Assembly: GCA_963845755.1 (NCBI GenBank)
Contig: CAWJTV010000041.1
Coordinates: 96,001 to 160,000, forward strand
Length of the DNA stretch: 64,000 nt
Origin: an uncultured Planctomycetota bacterium
GTDB taxonomy: Bacteria > Planctomycetota > Planctomycetia > Isosphaerales > Isosphaeraceae
Direction of reading: 5' to 3'
Part shown: in pieces, positions 44,646 through 55,928 of the stretch
How positions within the stretch are numbered: the stretch's first letter is position 1
Layout: each line of letters opens with the position of its first letter
Made by a program: the position numbers and the translations under genes
Notes under the pieces: model-generated
The model's input: the letters and a program-made list of their open reading frames with translations, nothing else
What the model was told of the DNA's origin: nothing
Database searches by the model: none

Positions 44646-45979
44646 CTACGCCTTGACCAGCTTCCCCGCCTGCTTCTGGATCTTGCGAACGGCCTCGGCG
44701 ATCTGGTCCATATCGGATCGGGGACCGAGGAACATGGTCTGGTAGAACCAGACGCCCTGCTCGCAGAGCCGGTCGTTGGCGGGGCAATGGATCCGCTCGA
44801 AGTATTCCGCCAGCCGCTTGGGCGAATAGACCGCGCGGAACGGGCGTGACTCGAGGGTCGTCTTGAGGAACGACTCCTGGTACAGCGGGCTATATCCGCC
44901 GGACCCGGGGATTCCCTCGGCGTTCAACGCCTGGAGGAACTTGTGCGCGGCAGGTTCTCGAAGTGTGCGGGGTCGTAGCGGAGCATGTAGAGGTGATAGG
45001 CGTTCTGCGTGCAGCCCTCGTACATCTTCGCCGGGGAGATCCCGGGGATCTCGCGGAGCAGCTCGGTGAGATAGGTGGCATTCTCGGTGCGGCGGCGGGA
45101 TTGCTCCTCGACGCGCGTGAGTTGGGTGGCCAGGAGCGCGGCCTGGAACTCGGTCATGCGGAGATTGGCGCCGTTGCGGTGGTAATCGACGCCGGCCACT
45201 GTGGCGCGGCCCTGGTTCTGGAAGCCACGGCATTCCCCGGCCAGGCGGTCGTCGCTCGTGAGGATCGCGCCCCCTTCACCCGAGTTGAGATTCTTCGAGA
45301 CCTGGAAGCTGAAGCATCCCAGATCCCCGATCGAGCTGAGCTTGCGGCCCTTCCATTCGCCCAGGGCCGCCTGGCAAGCGTCCTCGATGACCGGCAGCTT
45401 GTGCCGGGCAGCGACCGCCAGGATGGTGTCCATGTCGGCGGCCGAGCCGCCAATGTGAACGGGCAGGATGCAGGCGGTGTGCTCGTTGATCGACGATTCG
45501 ATCAGGCGGGCGTCGATCTGGAAGGTCTCCGGGTCCGTGTCCACGAAGACCGGCAGCGCGTGGTGCATCAGAACGGCGTTGATCGTCGCAACGAACGTAT
45601 ACGGAGGAACCAGGACCTCGTCGCCGGGCCCGATCCCCACGGCGGCCAATGAGGTGATCAGGGCACTCGTGCCGTTGGCGACCGCCACGCAGTGTTTCGC
45701 TCCCATCATCCGGGCCCAGGTCTCCTCGAACCGGTTAACGCTTTCGCCACCGTTGACGCGGCACCATTTCCCCTTGCGCAGGACCTCCATCCAGGCTCTT
45801 TCATCGTTGTCCGCGATGAGCGGCCAGCGGCTGAACCGCTGGCGGCGGACCGGCTTGCCGCCCAGGATCGCCAGCGGCTCGTCGCCCGCGGCCGTGGCAG
45901 GCCGCTCCGTCAAGCCGACCGCCGCGGCCGCCGCCGTCATCGCGCCGAGGAAACCTCGCCGTGATTGAGGCATGCGCAT
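44646..45979 (-). CDS. DegT/DnrJ/EryC1/StrS PLP aminotransferase with Tat-like signal; frameshift near 44950
   Basis: [63 protein letters not shown]. Confidence 0.92.
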
Positions 45980-46000
45980 GGGTCCACCTCTTTGCATCGG

Positions 46001-46068
46001 ATTCGTAGGTCAGGCTTTCCCGCCTGACGATCCCAGACACGTCAGGCGGGAAAGCCTGACCTACGAAT
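46001..46068. repeat. GTAG-type REP doublet (REPIN-like), family A
   Basis: Perfect 29 bp inverted arms ATTCGTAGGTCAGGCTTTCCCGCCTGACG at 46001-46029 and 46040-46068. Confidence 0.9.
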
Positions 46069-46070
46069 GG

Positions 46071-47531
46071 TCAGATGATCTTCCGGATCGGCTCCGCCCC
46101 CTCGACGCCGACGAGCTTCTGGTGCAGGCCGCCGTAGAAGTAGCTCAGCCCATTAGGGTCGAGGCCGAGTTGATTCAAGATCGTAGCATGAAGGCTCTTG
46201 ACATGGAACCGGTCCTCGACGGCGGCACTCCCGAGCTCGTCGGTCTGACCCACGCTGGTGCCGCCCTTGATCCCACCGCCGGCCAGCCACATGGTAAAGC
46301 CATACGAGTTATGATCGCGCCCGGTGCCCTTGGCGAACTCGGCGGTGGGCTGGCGGCCGAACTCGCCGCCCCAGACGATCAGGGTCTGGTCGAGCAGGCC
46401 CCGGCGCTTGAGATCCTTGATCAGCCCGGCGATCGGCCGATCCGTGTGGCCGGCATGCTTCGTGTGGTTGGTAACGAGGTCGGCGTGGGCGTCCCAGTTG
46501 TCGTCGTTATGAGCGCCTCCGGAGTAGATCTGGACGAATCGAACCCCGCGCTCGACCAGGCGCCGGGCGATCAGGCACTTGCGGCCGAAGTCGGCGGTGC
46601 GGGGCTGGTCGATCCCGTACAGTGCCAGCGTCTCGGGCGATTCCCCGGCGAAGTCGACCGCCTCGGGCGCCGAGCGCTGCATCTTGAAGGCCAGCTCGTA
46701 GGTCGCGATCCGCGCGGCCAGTTCGGAATTGTCGGCTCGAGCGGCGAGATGGGCTTCGTTCTTCTCGCGGAGCCGATCGAGGAGCCGACGGCGGATGACT
46801 GGGGCCGTCCCTTCCGGTGAGGTCAGGTCATGGATCGGCGTACCATTCGAGCGCAAGACCGTCGCCTGGTAGGCCGCCGGCATGTAACCGCTCGACCAGT
46901 TCTTGGCGCCGCTGATCGGACCGCCTTTCTGGTCGAGCATCACCACGAAGCCCGGCAGGTTCTCGTTCTCGCTGCCCAGCCCGTAGGTGACCCACGTGCC
47001 CAGGCACGGGTGACCGCTGAGCAGCCGGCCGGAGTTCATCATGAGCATCGCCGAACCGTGGATGGGCGACTCGGCGTACATCGAGTGGAGGAAGGCGATG
47101 TCGTCGACGCAGGTCCCCAGGTGGGGGAACAGGTCGGAGACCCACTTGCCGCACTCGCCGTACTGGCGGAACGCCCACTTGGGTCCGACGATCCGTCCTT
47201 CGTTCCGCTTGCCCCCTCGGCCGAACGTCTTCACGGCGATCGTCTGCCCGTCCATCGGGTACAGCTTGGGCTTGTAGTCGAACGTATCGACATGACTCGG
47301 ACCGCCGTACATGAACAGGAAGATCACGCTCCTGGCCTTCGCCGGCAAGGGCGGCCTCCTCGGGGCCATCGGGTTGACGAACGGCGTGACGCCGTCGGCC
47401 GCCACGCACTGCCGCGCCAGGAATCCGTCGCCGAGCAGGCCGGCCAGCGCGACCGATCCAAACCCGCCGCCGATCTCCCAGAGGAACTCGCGCCGGGTCC
47501 GACCGCAAAATGACGAATGGGCCTTGGTCAT
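46071..47531 (-). CDS. DUF1501 domain protein (Tat signal)
   Basis: TRREFL; IFLFMYGGPSHVDTFDYKP; WDAH; WGGEFGRQP; GRDHN. Confidence 0.95.
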   Translation of the reverse strand: MTKAHSSFCGRTRREFLWEIGGGFGSVALAGLLGDGFLARQCVAADGVTPFVNPMAPRRPPLPAKARSVIFLFMYGGPSHVDTFDYKPKLYPMDGQTIAVKTFGRGGKRNEGRIVGPKWAFRQYGECGKWVSDLFPHLGTCVDDIAFLHSMYAESPIHGSAMLMMNSGRLLSGHPCLGTWVTYGLGSENENLPGFVVMLDQKGGPISGAKNWSSGYMPAAYQATVLRSNGTPIHDLTSPEGTAPVIRRRLLDRLREKNEAHLAARADNSELAARIATYELAFKMQRSAPEAVDFAGESPETLALYGIDQPRTADFGRKCLIARRLVERGVRFVQIYSGGAHNDDNWDAHADLVTNHTKHAGHTDRPIAGLIKDLKRRGLLDQTLIVWGGEFGRQPTAEFAKGTGRDHNSYGFTMWLAGGGIKGGTSVGQTDELGSAAVEDRFHVKSLHATILNQLGLDPNGLSYFYGGLHQKLVGVEGAEPIRKII

Positions 47532-47613
47532 GGATCCTCGGTCCCCGGTCTTCAGTGTGGAGCTGGAGCGGCTGACGCTCGGGCTGCACACGGGTCCGTG
47601 GGGTGCTCTGTGA

Positions 47614-49266
47614 TACCCCTTCCAACATGCAGAATCGTTATAATCAAACTCTTGATGCCATGTGGGTTGCGCCTTACCCCGCTCTCGGCGGGCGCATCCC
47701 CTTGGCCTCGTCCAGTAGCTTCTTGGTGGCCAAATGATGGTTTCGGTCCCCCTTGCTCCGATGCGGTTTCTTCTTCTTCGGCCCGCGTCGTACCCGGAGC
47801 ATCCACTCCACCGACATCCGAGCCGCCAACTCGTTGAGCAAATCCGCCACCTCCTGCACCGGGCGATCGCTCAGCTCCGGCCACAGTCGCGGCGGGACCG
47901 CCGTCATCATCCCCGGGTAGATCCGCACCACCTCGGTGACCACGGCATGATTCGACACTTCTGCGGCCATCTCCCGGCCGTGCTCCGCCCGCAGACCGCC
48001 CTTGAGCACCGCCAGGGCGTTGCCGGCCACGGCCGACATCCCGAAGCCGAACAGTGCCGCGCGCGGGTAGCCCAGCGTGGGGATCTCGCAATTCAGCAGG
48101 TCGGTCAGCACCTGGAAATGGCCCTCGATCCCCCAGCGGCCCCGGTACGCGGCGCAGCAGTCGATCGCCGAGACATCCTCGGGCAGGTTGGTCACCAGGA
48201 TGATCTCCGTCTCCCCCTCCCGCGTCGGCTCGTCCAATTCCAGGATGATCAGCCGCAGGCGATGCGCCGCCCCGGGCGTCTCGGGATCGTCCACGAGGAT
48301 CGGCTGCTCGTGGACCTTGCCGGTCGGGCAGCGCCCCCGCGACTGCCGCGGCCCGGCTGGTTCGTAGGGCAACGTCGTTTGGTGCCGCCGTGCCAGGAAG
48401 GACCCGCCGGCTCGCGCGATGCGGAACAAGAAGGTGCGGACGCACAAGTTGCGGTCGAGGATCCACAGCTCGCCGGCCGAGACGGGGACTTCCTTGAGCA
48501 GGTTGCGCTCCTGGGTGTGGGCGTTCTCCTCCAGGATCAGATCGGTGATCAAGCCGCTGGCCGGCTCGTAGATCGCCAGCGACTTGCCGGGCAGACAGGC
48601 CGACCAGGTGGTCCGCGTCGGGGTCAGGCGATGGTCGGTCCCGGCCAGGACGTTGCCGTCGAGGATGCGGGCGCAGTAGCCGGGGATCGGCTCCGGCAGC
48701 AGGCCCCCGCCGCCTTCGATCAGGGCGCGGCAGCGGATCGCCGTGTGGCGGACGACCGCGGCGGTGATGGCCGGGCTCAGGCGATTGAGCTTGCCGTAGA
48801 AGGCCGAGAGCGAGGCGATCAGTGGGAGCTGGCGCCCCAGGAACGCCGAGCGGGTGGAGGGGTTGAACCCACAGACGACGTCGAGCATGACCAACACGAG
48901 GTGCTCGAGGGTAAACTCGCGGCAGTATTCGCCCTCGGCGGACTGCTCGAAGAGGAGGTCGAAGGGGGTGCCCTGGAGGAGCCAATCCAGGGTGATACGG
49001 GTCATCACGGTGGCCGGGGACTCCTGAATGCAGGGATTGAGGATGGCCGGGAGGTCCGCGATGAGTGGAGGGGCAGGGTCGAGGAGATCCAGCCGGGCGG
49101 CGGGGCGCGGGGGTGGCACCACCGGCTGGGAGGTCCGTCCGCAGCGCTTCGTCGGCCCATCGAGATCAATCAGCCTGGGAGACATAGGTAGCCCTCCGTG
49201 ATCGGGAACGAAAACCATCCCAGCCAAAGAGGTTATAATAATTAACTCAGCATGTTGGAAGGGGTA
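47614..49266 (-). mobile_element. IS4-family insertion sequence, 1653 bp
   Basis: Perfect 17 bp TIRs TACCCCTTCCAACATGC / GCATGTTGGAAGGGGTA; 12 bp direct repeat GGTGCTCTGTGA at 47602-47613 and 49267-49278. Confidence 0.92.
47674..49185 (-). CDS. IS4-family DDE transposase (503 aa)
   Basis: ILDGN, WILDRNL, LVTNLP, YRGRWGIEGHF (YREK-like signature); GGAGG RBS before ATG 49185. Confidence 0.92.
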   Translation of the reverse strand: MSPRLIDLDGPTKRCGRTSQPVVPPPRPAARLDLLDPAPPLIADLPAILNPCIQESPATVMTRITLDWLLQGTPFDLLFEQSAEGEYCREFTLEHLVLVMLDVVCGFNPSTRSAFLGRQLPLIASLSAFYGKLNRLSPAITAAVVRHTAIRCRALIEGGGGLLPEPIPGYCARILDGNVLAGTDHRLTPTRTTWSACLPGKSLAIYEPASGLITDLILEENAHTQERNLLKEVPVSAGELWILDRNLCVRTFLFRIARAGGSFLARRHQTTLPYEPAGPRQSRGRCPTGKVHEQPILVDDPETPGAAHRLRLIILELDEPTREGETEIILVTNLPEDVSAIDCCAAYRGRWGIEGHFQVLTDLLNCEIPTLGYPRAALFGFGMSAVAGNALAVLKGGLRAEHGREMAAEVSNHAVVTEVVRIYPGMMTAVPPRLWPELSDRPVQEVADLLNELAARMSVEWMLRVRRGPKKKKPHRSKGDRNHHLATKKLLDEAKGMRPPRAG

Positions 49267-49329
49267 GGTGCTCTGTGAGCACCAATCCCCGTGGCAGGAG
49301 GCCTCTCCGGTGCTCACAGAGCACCCTAC
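49267..49329. repeat. GTAG-type REP doublet, family B (target of the IS; left end at 47598-47613)
   Basis: Reconstructed arm GTGGGGTGCTCTGTGAGCACC pairs with GGTGCTCACAGAGCACCCTAC (49309-49329), 20/21. Confidence 0.85.
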
Positions 49330-51603
49330 TCAGTCAAGGTAGAGGAAGGCGTTGGTGTTGAGCATCATCAGGCAGTATTGCGACAAAGCGGTGTGAGCGT
49401 CGAGCCCAGAGTCATTGATGAGCGTTCTGACGAACTCGACGTCGTGGTGGATTTCGTCCACGTCGGGTTCGTGGCTGGTCGTCAGCCGGAGGGCGAGGCG
49501 GACCTGTGCGATCAGGTCGCCGGGCGCCTCATGACGGAGGCGGTCGGCGAAGTCCATGGCCTGCCGGTTGGTGAACTCGCCGTTGAGCAGGCCGAGCGCC
49601 TGGGTGGGAACGGTCGTCGTGTACCGCACCGGGCAACTGGAATCGGTGTCGGCCGCGTCATGGACGGCGAGGATCGGGACCAGGAGCGATCGCTTGACGT
49701 GGACGTAGATGCTCCGCCTCGCGGCCTGATCCGGCGGCGAGGTCGTCCAGCCGTGGCCGGGCATGGACTGGCCGGCGAGCACCTCGCGGGGGATCGGCGG
49801 ATAGACGCTCGGGCCGCCGGCCTCGAGCCGCAACGCACCGCTGACGGCGAGGATCGCGTCTCGCACCTCCTCGGCCGCCAATCGTCGCATGGGGAACCGC
49901 CAGAACCATCGATTGGACGGGTCGGCGGCCAACTCGGCGGCGCTCGCCCTGGATGTCATCCGGTAGGCGCTCGATAGGACAATCAGTCGATGCATGGGCT
50001 TGAGTCGCCAGCCGCCAGCGACGAGCTCGGCGGCCAGCCAGTCCAGCAGCTCGGGGTGGCTGGCCGGCTCGCCCAGCTTGCCGAAGTCGTTGGGCGTCGG
50101 CACGATTCCCCGGCCAAAGTGGTACTGCCAGAGCCGGTTGGCCAGCACGCGCGCCGTCCGCGGGTTGCGTGGATCGGTCAGCCAGTCGACCAGCGCCCGC
50201 CGCTTGCCCCGTCCCCTGGCGAACGTGCCCGTGCCCGTGTCGAGAACATCGGGCACGCCCGGGTCGACGGCCGGGCCGACCAGCGCGGGACTGCCGCGGA
50301 GCAAGACGTGCCGCCTGGCTCGTCCCCCGCTCCGAGACGCTCATCACCTCGATGCGAGAACCCGCTCCATCCGCGATCTTCTGGAGGCTCTTCCCGTCGT
50401 TGGGGGTCACGTCGATGAAGAAGGCCAGGAGCCGGTAGTAATCCCGCTGGGAGATCGGATCGGCCTTGTGATCGTGGCAACGCGCGCAGTTGACCGTCAT
50501 GCCCAGCAGGACCTGCCCCGTGGTGGAGACAATCCCGTCGAGCTCGTCGTAACGGGCCAGCGGCCGGTCGGCCGGCTCATCGTCCCAGATCCCCAGTCGG
50601 TAGAATCCCGTCGCGACCAGGGCCTCGGCCGAGCCGGGGTCGATCTCGTCTCCGGCCAGTTGTTCGCGGACGAACCGGTCATAAGGCTTGTCCCGGTTGA
50701 ACGCGTCGATCACATAATCGCGGTATCGCCAGGCGAACGGCTTCGCCGAGTCGCGTTCGTACCCATTGGTCTCGCCGAACCGCACCAGGTCGAGCCAGTG
50801 CCTGGCCCAATGCTCGCCGTAGTGCGGTGAGGCCAGCAGCCGGTTAACCAGCCGCTCGTATGCCCCCGCCGCGCGATCGGCGAGGAAGGCGTTCAACCTC
50901 CCCGGGCGTGGGAGGCAGCCCGGTCAAGTCGTAGGTCAGCCGGCGGATGAGGGTGACGCGATCGGCCTCGGGCGCCGGGCGCAGGCCTTCCGCCTCGAGC
51001 CGGGCCCTGAGGAAGGCGTCGATCGGATTGCGGGCCCACCGATGGTCCTTCAGGATGGGGACCTTGGGCCGGATGACCGGCTGGTGCAGGGATAGCCGGC
51101 GCGCCGCGGCGATCACCTCGGCGGAAACGGGAGACGCGGATGTTCCAGGTATGGTCGCCGCCGGCTCGGCCAGGCTCGGCCCCGAGGTCCACGGCAGACC
51201 CTCCTTCACCCAACGCGTCAGCGCGTTCGACCTCACCCGGCGGCAGCTTGCCGCCCGGCGGCATCTCCAGCTCCTCATAACGGATCGCCCGCAGCAACAG
51301 GCTCTCGTCGGGCTGACCGAGGCTGACGGCGGGACCGAGGTCGCCTCCCTTCAGGACGGCGGACCGGTCGTCGAGCCGGAACCCCCCGCGGATCTTCCCG
51401 CTCCCGCCATGGCACTTGAGGCACCGCGCCTTCAGGATCGGCTGGGCCTTCTCCTCGAAGAACCGGACCTGCTCGGCCGTGAACGCGGTCGTCGCGCGAT
51501 CCGACCGGCCACCTTCACCGGCGACCGCCGCGCCGCCGAGCCACGCTGCCAGGAGGGTCGCCGGGCCGAGGGCCTGCCAGGTCTGCCGTCCACTCCGCCT
51601 CAT
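49330..51603 (-). CDS. Planctomycete cytochrome c + DUF1549/DUF1553 (PSD1) protein; about 3 frameshifts
   Basis: [58 protein letters not shown]. Confidence 0.92.
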
Positions 51604-51717
51604 TCGACTCTTCTCCCAGCAGGATGCGACCTCCGAGCACGACGCCACGAAGAAGCGGGGCCGAGCCTTCGAGGAGCGACTCCCCGCGTAAGATCCCCGC
51701 GCAACTCGCGCCCCTTG

Positions 51718-51841
51718 GGAATTCCCAATTCAAGATTCAATCATTCAAAAATCGGTATTCGAGGATCCCCCCTTGAGAGGATCTCGGTTTCTTGAATCTC
51801 GAGTCTCGCATCTCGCATCTCGCATCTCGAATCTCGAATTC
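51718..51841. repeat. Degenerate convergent heptamer arrays (..ATTC / GAATCTC, GCATCTC)
   Basis: GAATCTC GAGTCTC GCATCTC x3 GAATCTC at about 51795-51836, preceded by a degenerate inverse arm. Confidence 0.75.
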
Positions 51842-51917
51842 CTCCTGGGTTGGAGCTTCACCCCGTTGGGGACGGATCTTGCCCGGTGGATCCGATCCCA
51901 ATCAATCGCGACCCTGG

Positions 51918-54900
51918 TCAGGATGGTCCCGAGCCCGCGGCTTTCTCCTTCTTGGCAGGAGTCTCAGCCTTTTCTTGCGAGGGGGCCTGTGTCTTGGCGG
52001 GCTCCGGGAGAGCCGCCTTCGGTTGGGCATCAGCGGCCTTCTGCGCCGGACCGCCGCCGGGCTTCCCATCGGCCTTCTCCGGCTCCGTGCCCCGCCGCTG
52101 GGGAGGGACGGGTTTCTTCATTTTTTGGAGGTAATATACGGCGACGGACCGCACGGCCAGCTCCGGCTCCAGCGTGAGGGCGTTCGTGAGGTGCGCCGCC
52201 GCGGCGTCGGGCAACCCCGCCTCGAGCTGGCACATGGCCAGGTCGAATTCCCACATGGCCTGCTGACCCAGGGTCGAAGGGAGGGCCAGGAACGTATTGG
52301 TCGCCTGCAAGGCCTGACCACGGGCCAGGCCCTGGCCGGCGATGAGCGATCGGAAACTCCGGTCATTACGCACCCGGACGATCGCCCGATCCTCCCAGAG
52401 CGAGGCCGTCAACAGGTAGTTGCCCAAGAGCAGGTACACCAGCCCTTGCCGGTAGGCGGCGGCCCCGGGCTCGGTCCCGAGGTTGGGATCCTCGATCGAG
52501 CCCACGCTCAGCAGATCGAGCGCCTTGTCGGGCTGCCCCGTGGTGCAGTACATCTCCAGGAGCAGGGGCTTGACGACCATCGCGCCGACCCCGCTCCGCT
52601 CCGCTTCCGCGAGCTTGGTAATCGCCAACCCCATGGCACCCTGTTGCCGCGCGAACATCGCTTGATCCACCAGCGTGGCCTGATTCTCGATGGCCATATC
52701 GTCCACCTTGTCCACGACGGTCTTGATCGCCTGATCGAGCTGCTCCAACTGGTCCGCGATCTGGGCACGCATGTCCGCCGTCACATAATCGTCGGACCCG
52801 CTCAGGTCCGCCGCGATCTGGAGCCGGTCGTGCGCGAGGTCCCGAAAACCGACGGACATGTAGAGCTGGAACAATTGCCGATTCAGTTCGAACAGGCTCC
52901 TCCGAGAGTCCTTCGAGTCGGGGGGAGGCGTGGTCTGGATCGCGAAATTCAAGGCGGTGATGCGCTGGCGGAACCGATTCATCAGGCGCTCGGGATTGGG
53001 CGAGACCATGCTGATCTGCGCCTTGTTCTCGGGCGTGATCGGGAGCCCGGCCAGGATCGCGGTTTCCTGGATCATCAAGTAGGTATACGCTTCGTTGAGC
53101 CTGTGGAAGGCCGTCCAGTCGTCGGGGCTGCGGGACAGTGCGATGCGCGCCTCCTGGATCGCGAGCAGGCACTGCGACGGCTCGGGCAGGTAGGCCTGGT
53201 TCTGTACGGCCCCCCGATCGAGCCAGCGCTGGGCCGAGAGGTTCCGCATCTGAGGGCGCTGGTACGTCCGGTTCTGGAACACCTCGTCGATCCAGGACGT
53301 CTGGCCGGGCGGACCGGCGACCGTGGGCATCTTCCGCGCCACGCGATACACGCGGTCGGGGTCGAGCTGGTTGGCCTTGAAGACCGCGACGTCCGACGCG
53401 GGCGCATCCGACCGGCCGAACATGACGATCCGCCCGTCATCGTAGAAGGGGATCCAGTTGTTGCTGCGCATCAGGGTGTCGTAGGTCTTCGGCGCCCCCA
53501 CGGGCTCGATCAAGATGGCCGTGATGTGGTGTTCATCCAGCAGCGGCTTCCACGTGCCGACGTCGTCATCGCTGAGGGCCCTGCGGATCTTGTGCAACCG
53601 CTCGAACACGCCGATCGAAAACAGCCCGGGACGGCTGTCGACGTAACTCTTCCGCTTGGGGTACGCCTTCCAGATCAGGATATCGCCCTCGGACGACGAG
53701 GTGTTCAGGATGTTCCCCTTGATGTCGTCGTGCTCCTCCAGGAACTCGGCCGCCTCGAACGGGAAGTCGTCGGCATCGTACCAGACGCCGAACCGGCTAC
53801 TGCCCGGCGCGTTATGCCAGCCGGTGATGTCCTTGCCGACCGCGAAGAAGATGAGGGAGAGGGTCACCAGGCGACCACCGGTCAACCAGAGGCCCCACAT
53901 CCGGCCGAGGCGACCTTCGGTCCCGAAGCGCGCCTGGTACCACTCCTGGCCATTCAACGCCAGGACCGCGGCGAAGATGACCGCGAAATCGGCGCTGTAC
54001 CGGATCATGATGCCCCAGAGGATCGAGATCGCCGCGAACGGCAGGAACCGACTCCAGGAGAAGCGCGCGATATTGAGCCAGAACGAACCGATCCCCAGGA
54101 CGACCAGGGTGAGGAAGTAGACGGGCAGGAGATGCGACTGGTCCCCTTGGAGCCCCGAGCCGAAGAAGGAGAGGAGCTCGACGAGATGGAAACCCTCGGT
54201 CGGGTGGAACCATTGGATGAACGGGTTCACGGCCGCGACGTACGAGCGGTAGGTCCAGGGGTTGACCAGGCAGGCGGCCGCGCAGAGTCCCAGGATCATG
54301 AAACCGCTAGAGATCGCGGGCGCCCGGCGTTCCACGACCGCCGTTTGCTCGGCCTTCTCGGGTGGAGCGGAGGTATCCCCGGCGCTGGAAACCAGCCAGC
54401 TCGCATGATCGCCGTCGAGCCATCGGCCGGCCGCGGCGGCGGCGAGGATGATGAGCCCGGTCAAGAAGGACGTATCCCAGTTCACCCAGAGCAAGAACAG
54501 GGGGATCAGCGGCCAGAGACTCCGGCCACGCCCTTGGCCGAACGCGCGGAACAAGAGCAGCATCTCAATGGCGAGGAACAACTGCCCCCAGGTCGCTGGA
54601 CCCAGCTCCGCGACGCGCAACCCCCCCCATGGCCACGCCGAGCAGCGGGTGGACGACGACGCCCACGGCCAATGTCACGCAGACGGCCGACCACCAGAGC
54701 CCGGGCCCCTTTCGGCGGATCTTCAGGAGCACCCAGGCGGTCGCCAGTCGCACCAGGGCACCCAGGATCACCAGGGACGCGATCGCAATCTGATCGGCCT
54801 GGGCCCGATTGGCCGTCAGATCCTGAGGGTCCTGAGGGACCAGGCCATAGATCAGGTTGTACAGCGCGGCGTGCGACCACTGGAACAACCAGGGGAGGTT

Positions 54901-55221
54901 CACCCAGGGCTGTCCGGCCTCGGTATAGGAGAACATGTCGATCATCAGCGGCCGGGACTGCTGATTGATCAACTGGCCTGCCTTCAGTTGGGAGAAGATC
55001 GAGGTATCCGTCAGAGAATTGCAGGAGACGACGAAGGCCAGCAACAGGGTTGCGGCCATCACATACAAATCGTAGTAGGCGTTCCACTCGTTCACCCGCT
55101 CGGGCGTCAACGGCTCCGGAGGGAGCTCGGCCTCCGCTTCGGGAGGCGGGACTTCGGTCGTGGAAGGGGCCTTCTCGACTTCGTTCTCTGGAACAGGCTG
55201 TGTCGCTTGGGTTTCGGCCAT
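51918..55221 (-). CDS. Large multi-TM protein with GT-C-like N-terminal half and TPR-like C-terminus; frameshift near 54625
   Basis: QLKAGQLI..DMFSYT..WVNLPWLFQW, LLWVNWD, LVNPW, YVDSRPGLF motifs; C-terminal helical TPR-like segments. Confidence 0.7.
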
Positions 55222-55720
55222 TAGTTTCGTTGGTAAAATCGGGATGATGCATCGAATGAGAGCCGGGTGCCCGCGACCCCGCTGGGGAAAGCTTCATGCT
55301 AGGAAGGGGTGGCCGACTGGGTCAAGGGGTGGCCGATCGTCGAGAGGCGCGAGTGCGCGTCCGATCTGCTGATATTGTGCAGGCTCTCGATTGCATTTCC
55401 CACGGAAAAAACGAGTGGTCCGCGTGCCCCCTCTCACGGGATGTCCCGGCCGACAGCATCCCCGAACCTGGCGAGCGAGCGTGCAAGTCGCGTCCGGAAT
55501 CGCCGTCGAAGCCGGCGTTGAGTCGATCAAGCACATCAACTGAACGCGATGCGTTTTCCACCGCCCGTGATCGTCCCACCGGAATTGGTACGGGCTGCCA
55601 CGATTTCGCCCGATGGCCTGCCCCCCAGAACCATCATGGCAGGCTTTTGCCCCATTCTCACCCTTTGTCCTCTTTTCACCCTTGTTAGGACCGACTCGTC
55701 GCTCAGAGTCTGTTCCAGAA

Positions 55721-55799
55721 GGGCGAGCGGGGGGCGTCAGCCCCCTGTCCGGTGAGCGACGGACCTCCAAGACAGGGGGCTGACGCCCCCCGCTCGCCC
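55721..55799. repeat. Perfect 29 bp inverted-arm palindromic element (REPIN-like, family C)
   Basis: GGGCGAGCGGGGGGCGTCAGCCCCCTGTC at 55721-55749 and its exact reverse complement at 55771-55799. Confidence 0.88.
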
Positions 55800-55863
55800 G
55801 GACCGGCCCCTTCTGCGACAGACTCTCAGTACCTCGCCCCGGAGAAGAGGCTCGGAATTCCGT

Positions 55864-55928
55864 GGGGAGGGCGAGCCTTCGTGCGAGTCGACCGTGGGAA
55901 GAGGCTCGGACGGAGCCGCGCCCTCCCC
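55864..55928. repeat. Degenerate palindromic element (family D)
   Basis: GGGGAGGGCG...CGCCCTCCCC arms with internal GGCTCG/GAGCC stems. Confidence 0.6.

Noticed and set aside
51792..54968. 1058 aa plus-strand ORF
   Set aside because: Antisense shadow of the minus-strand membrane protein.
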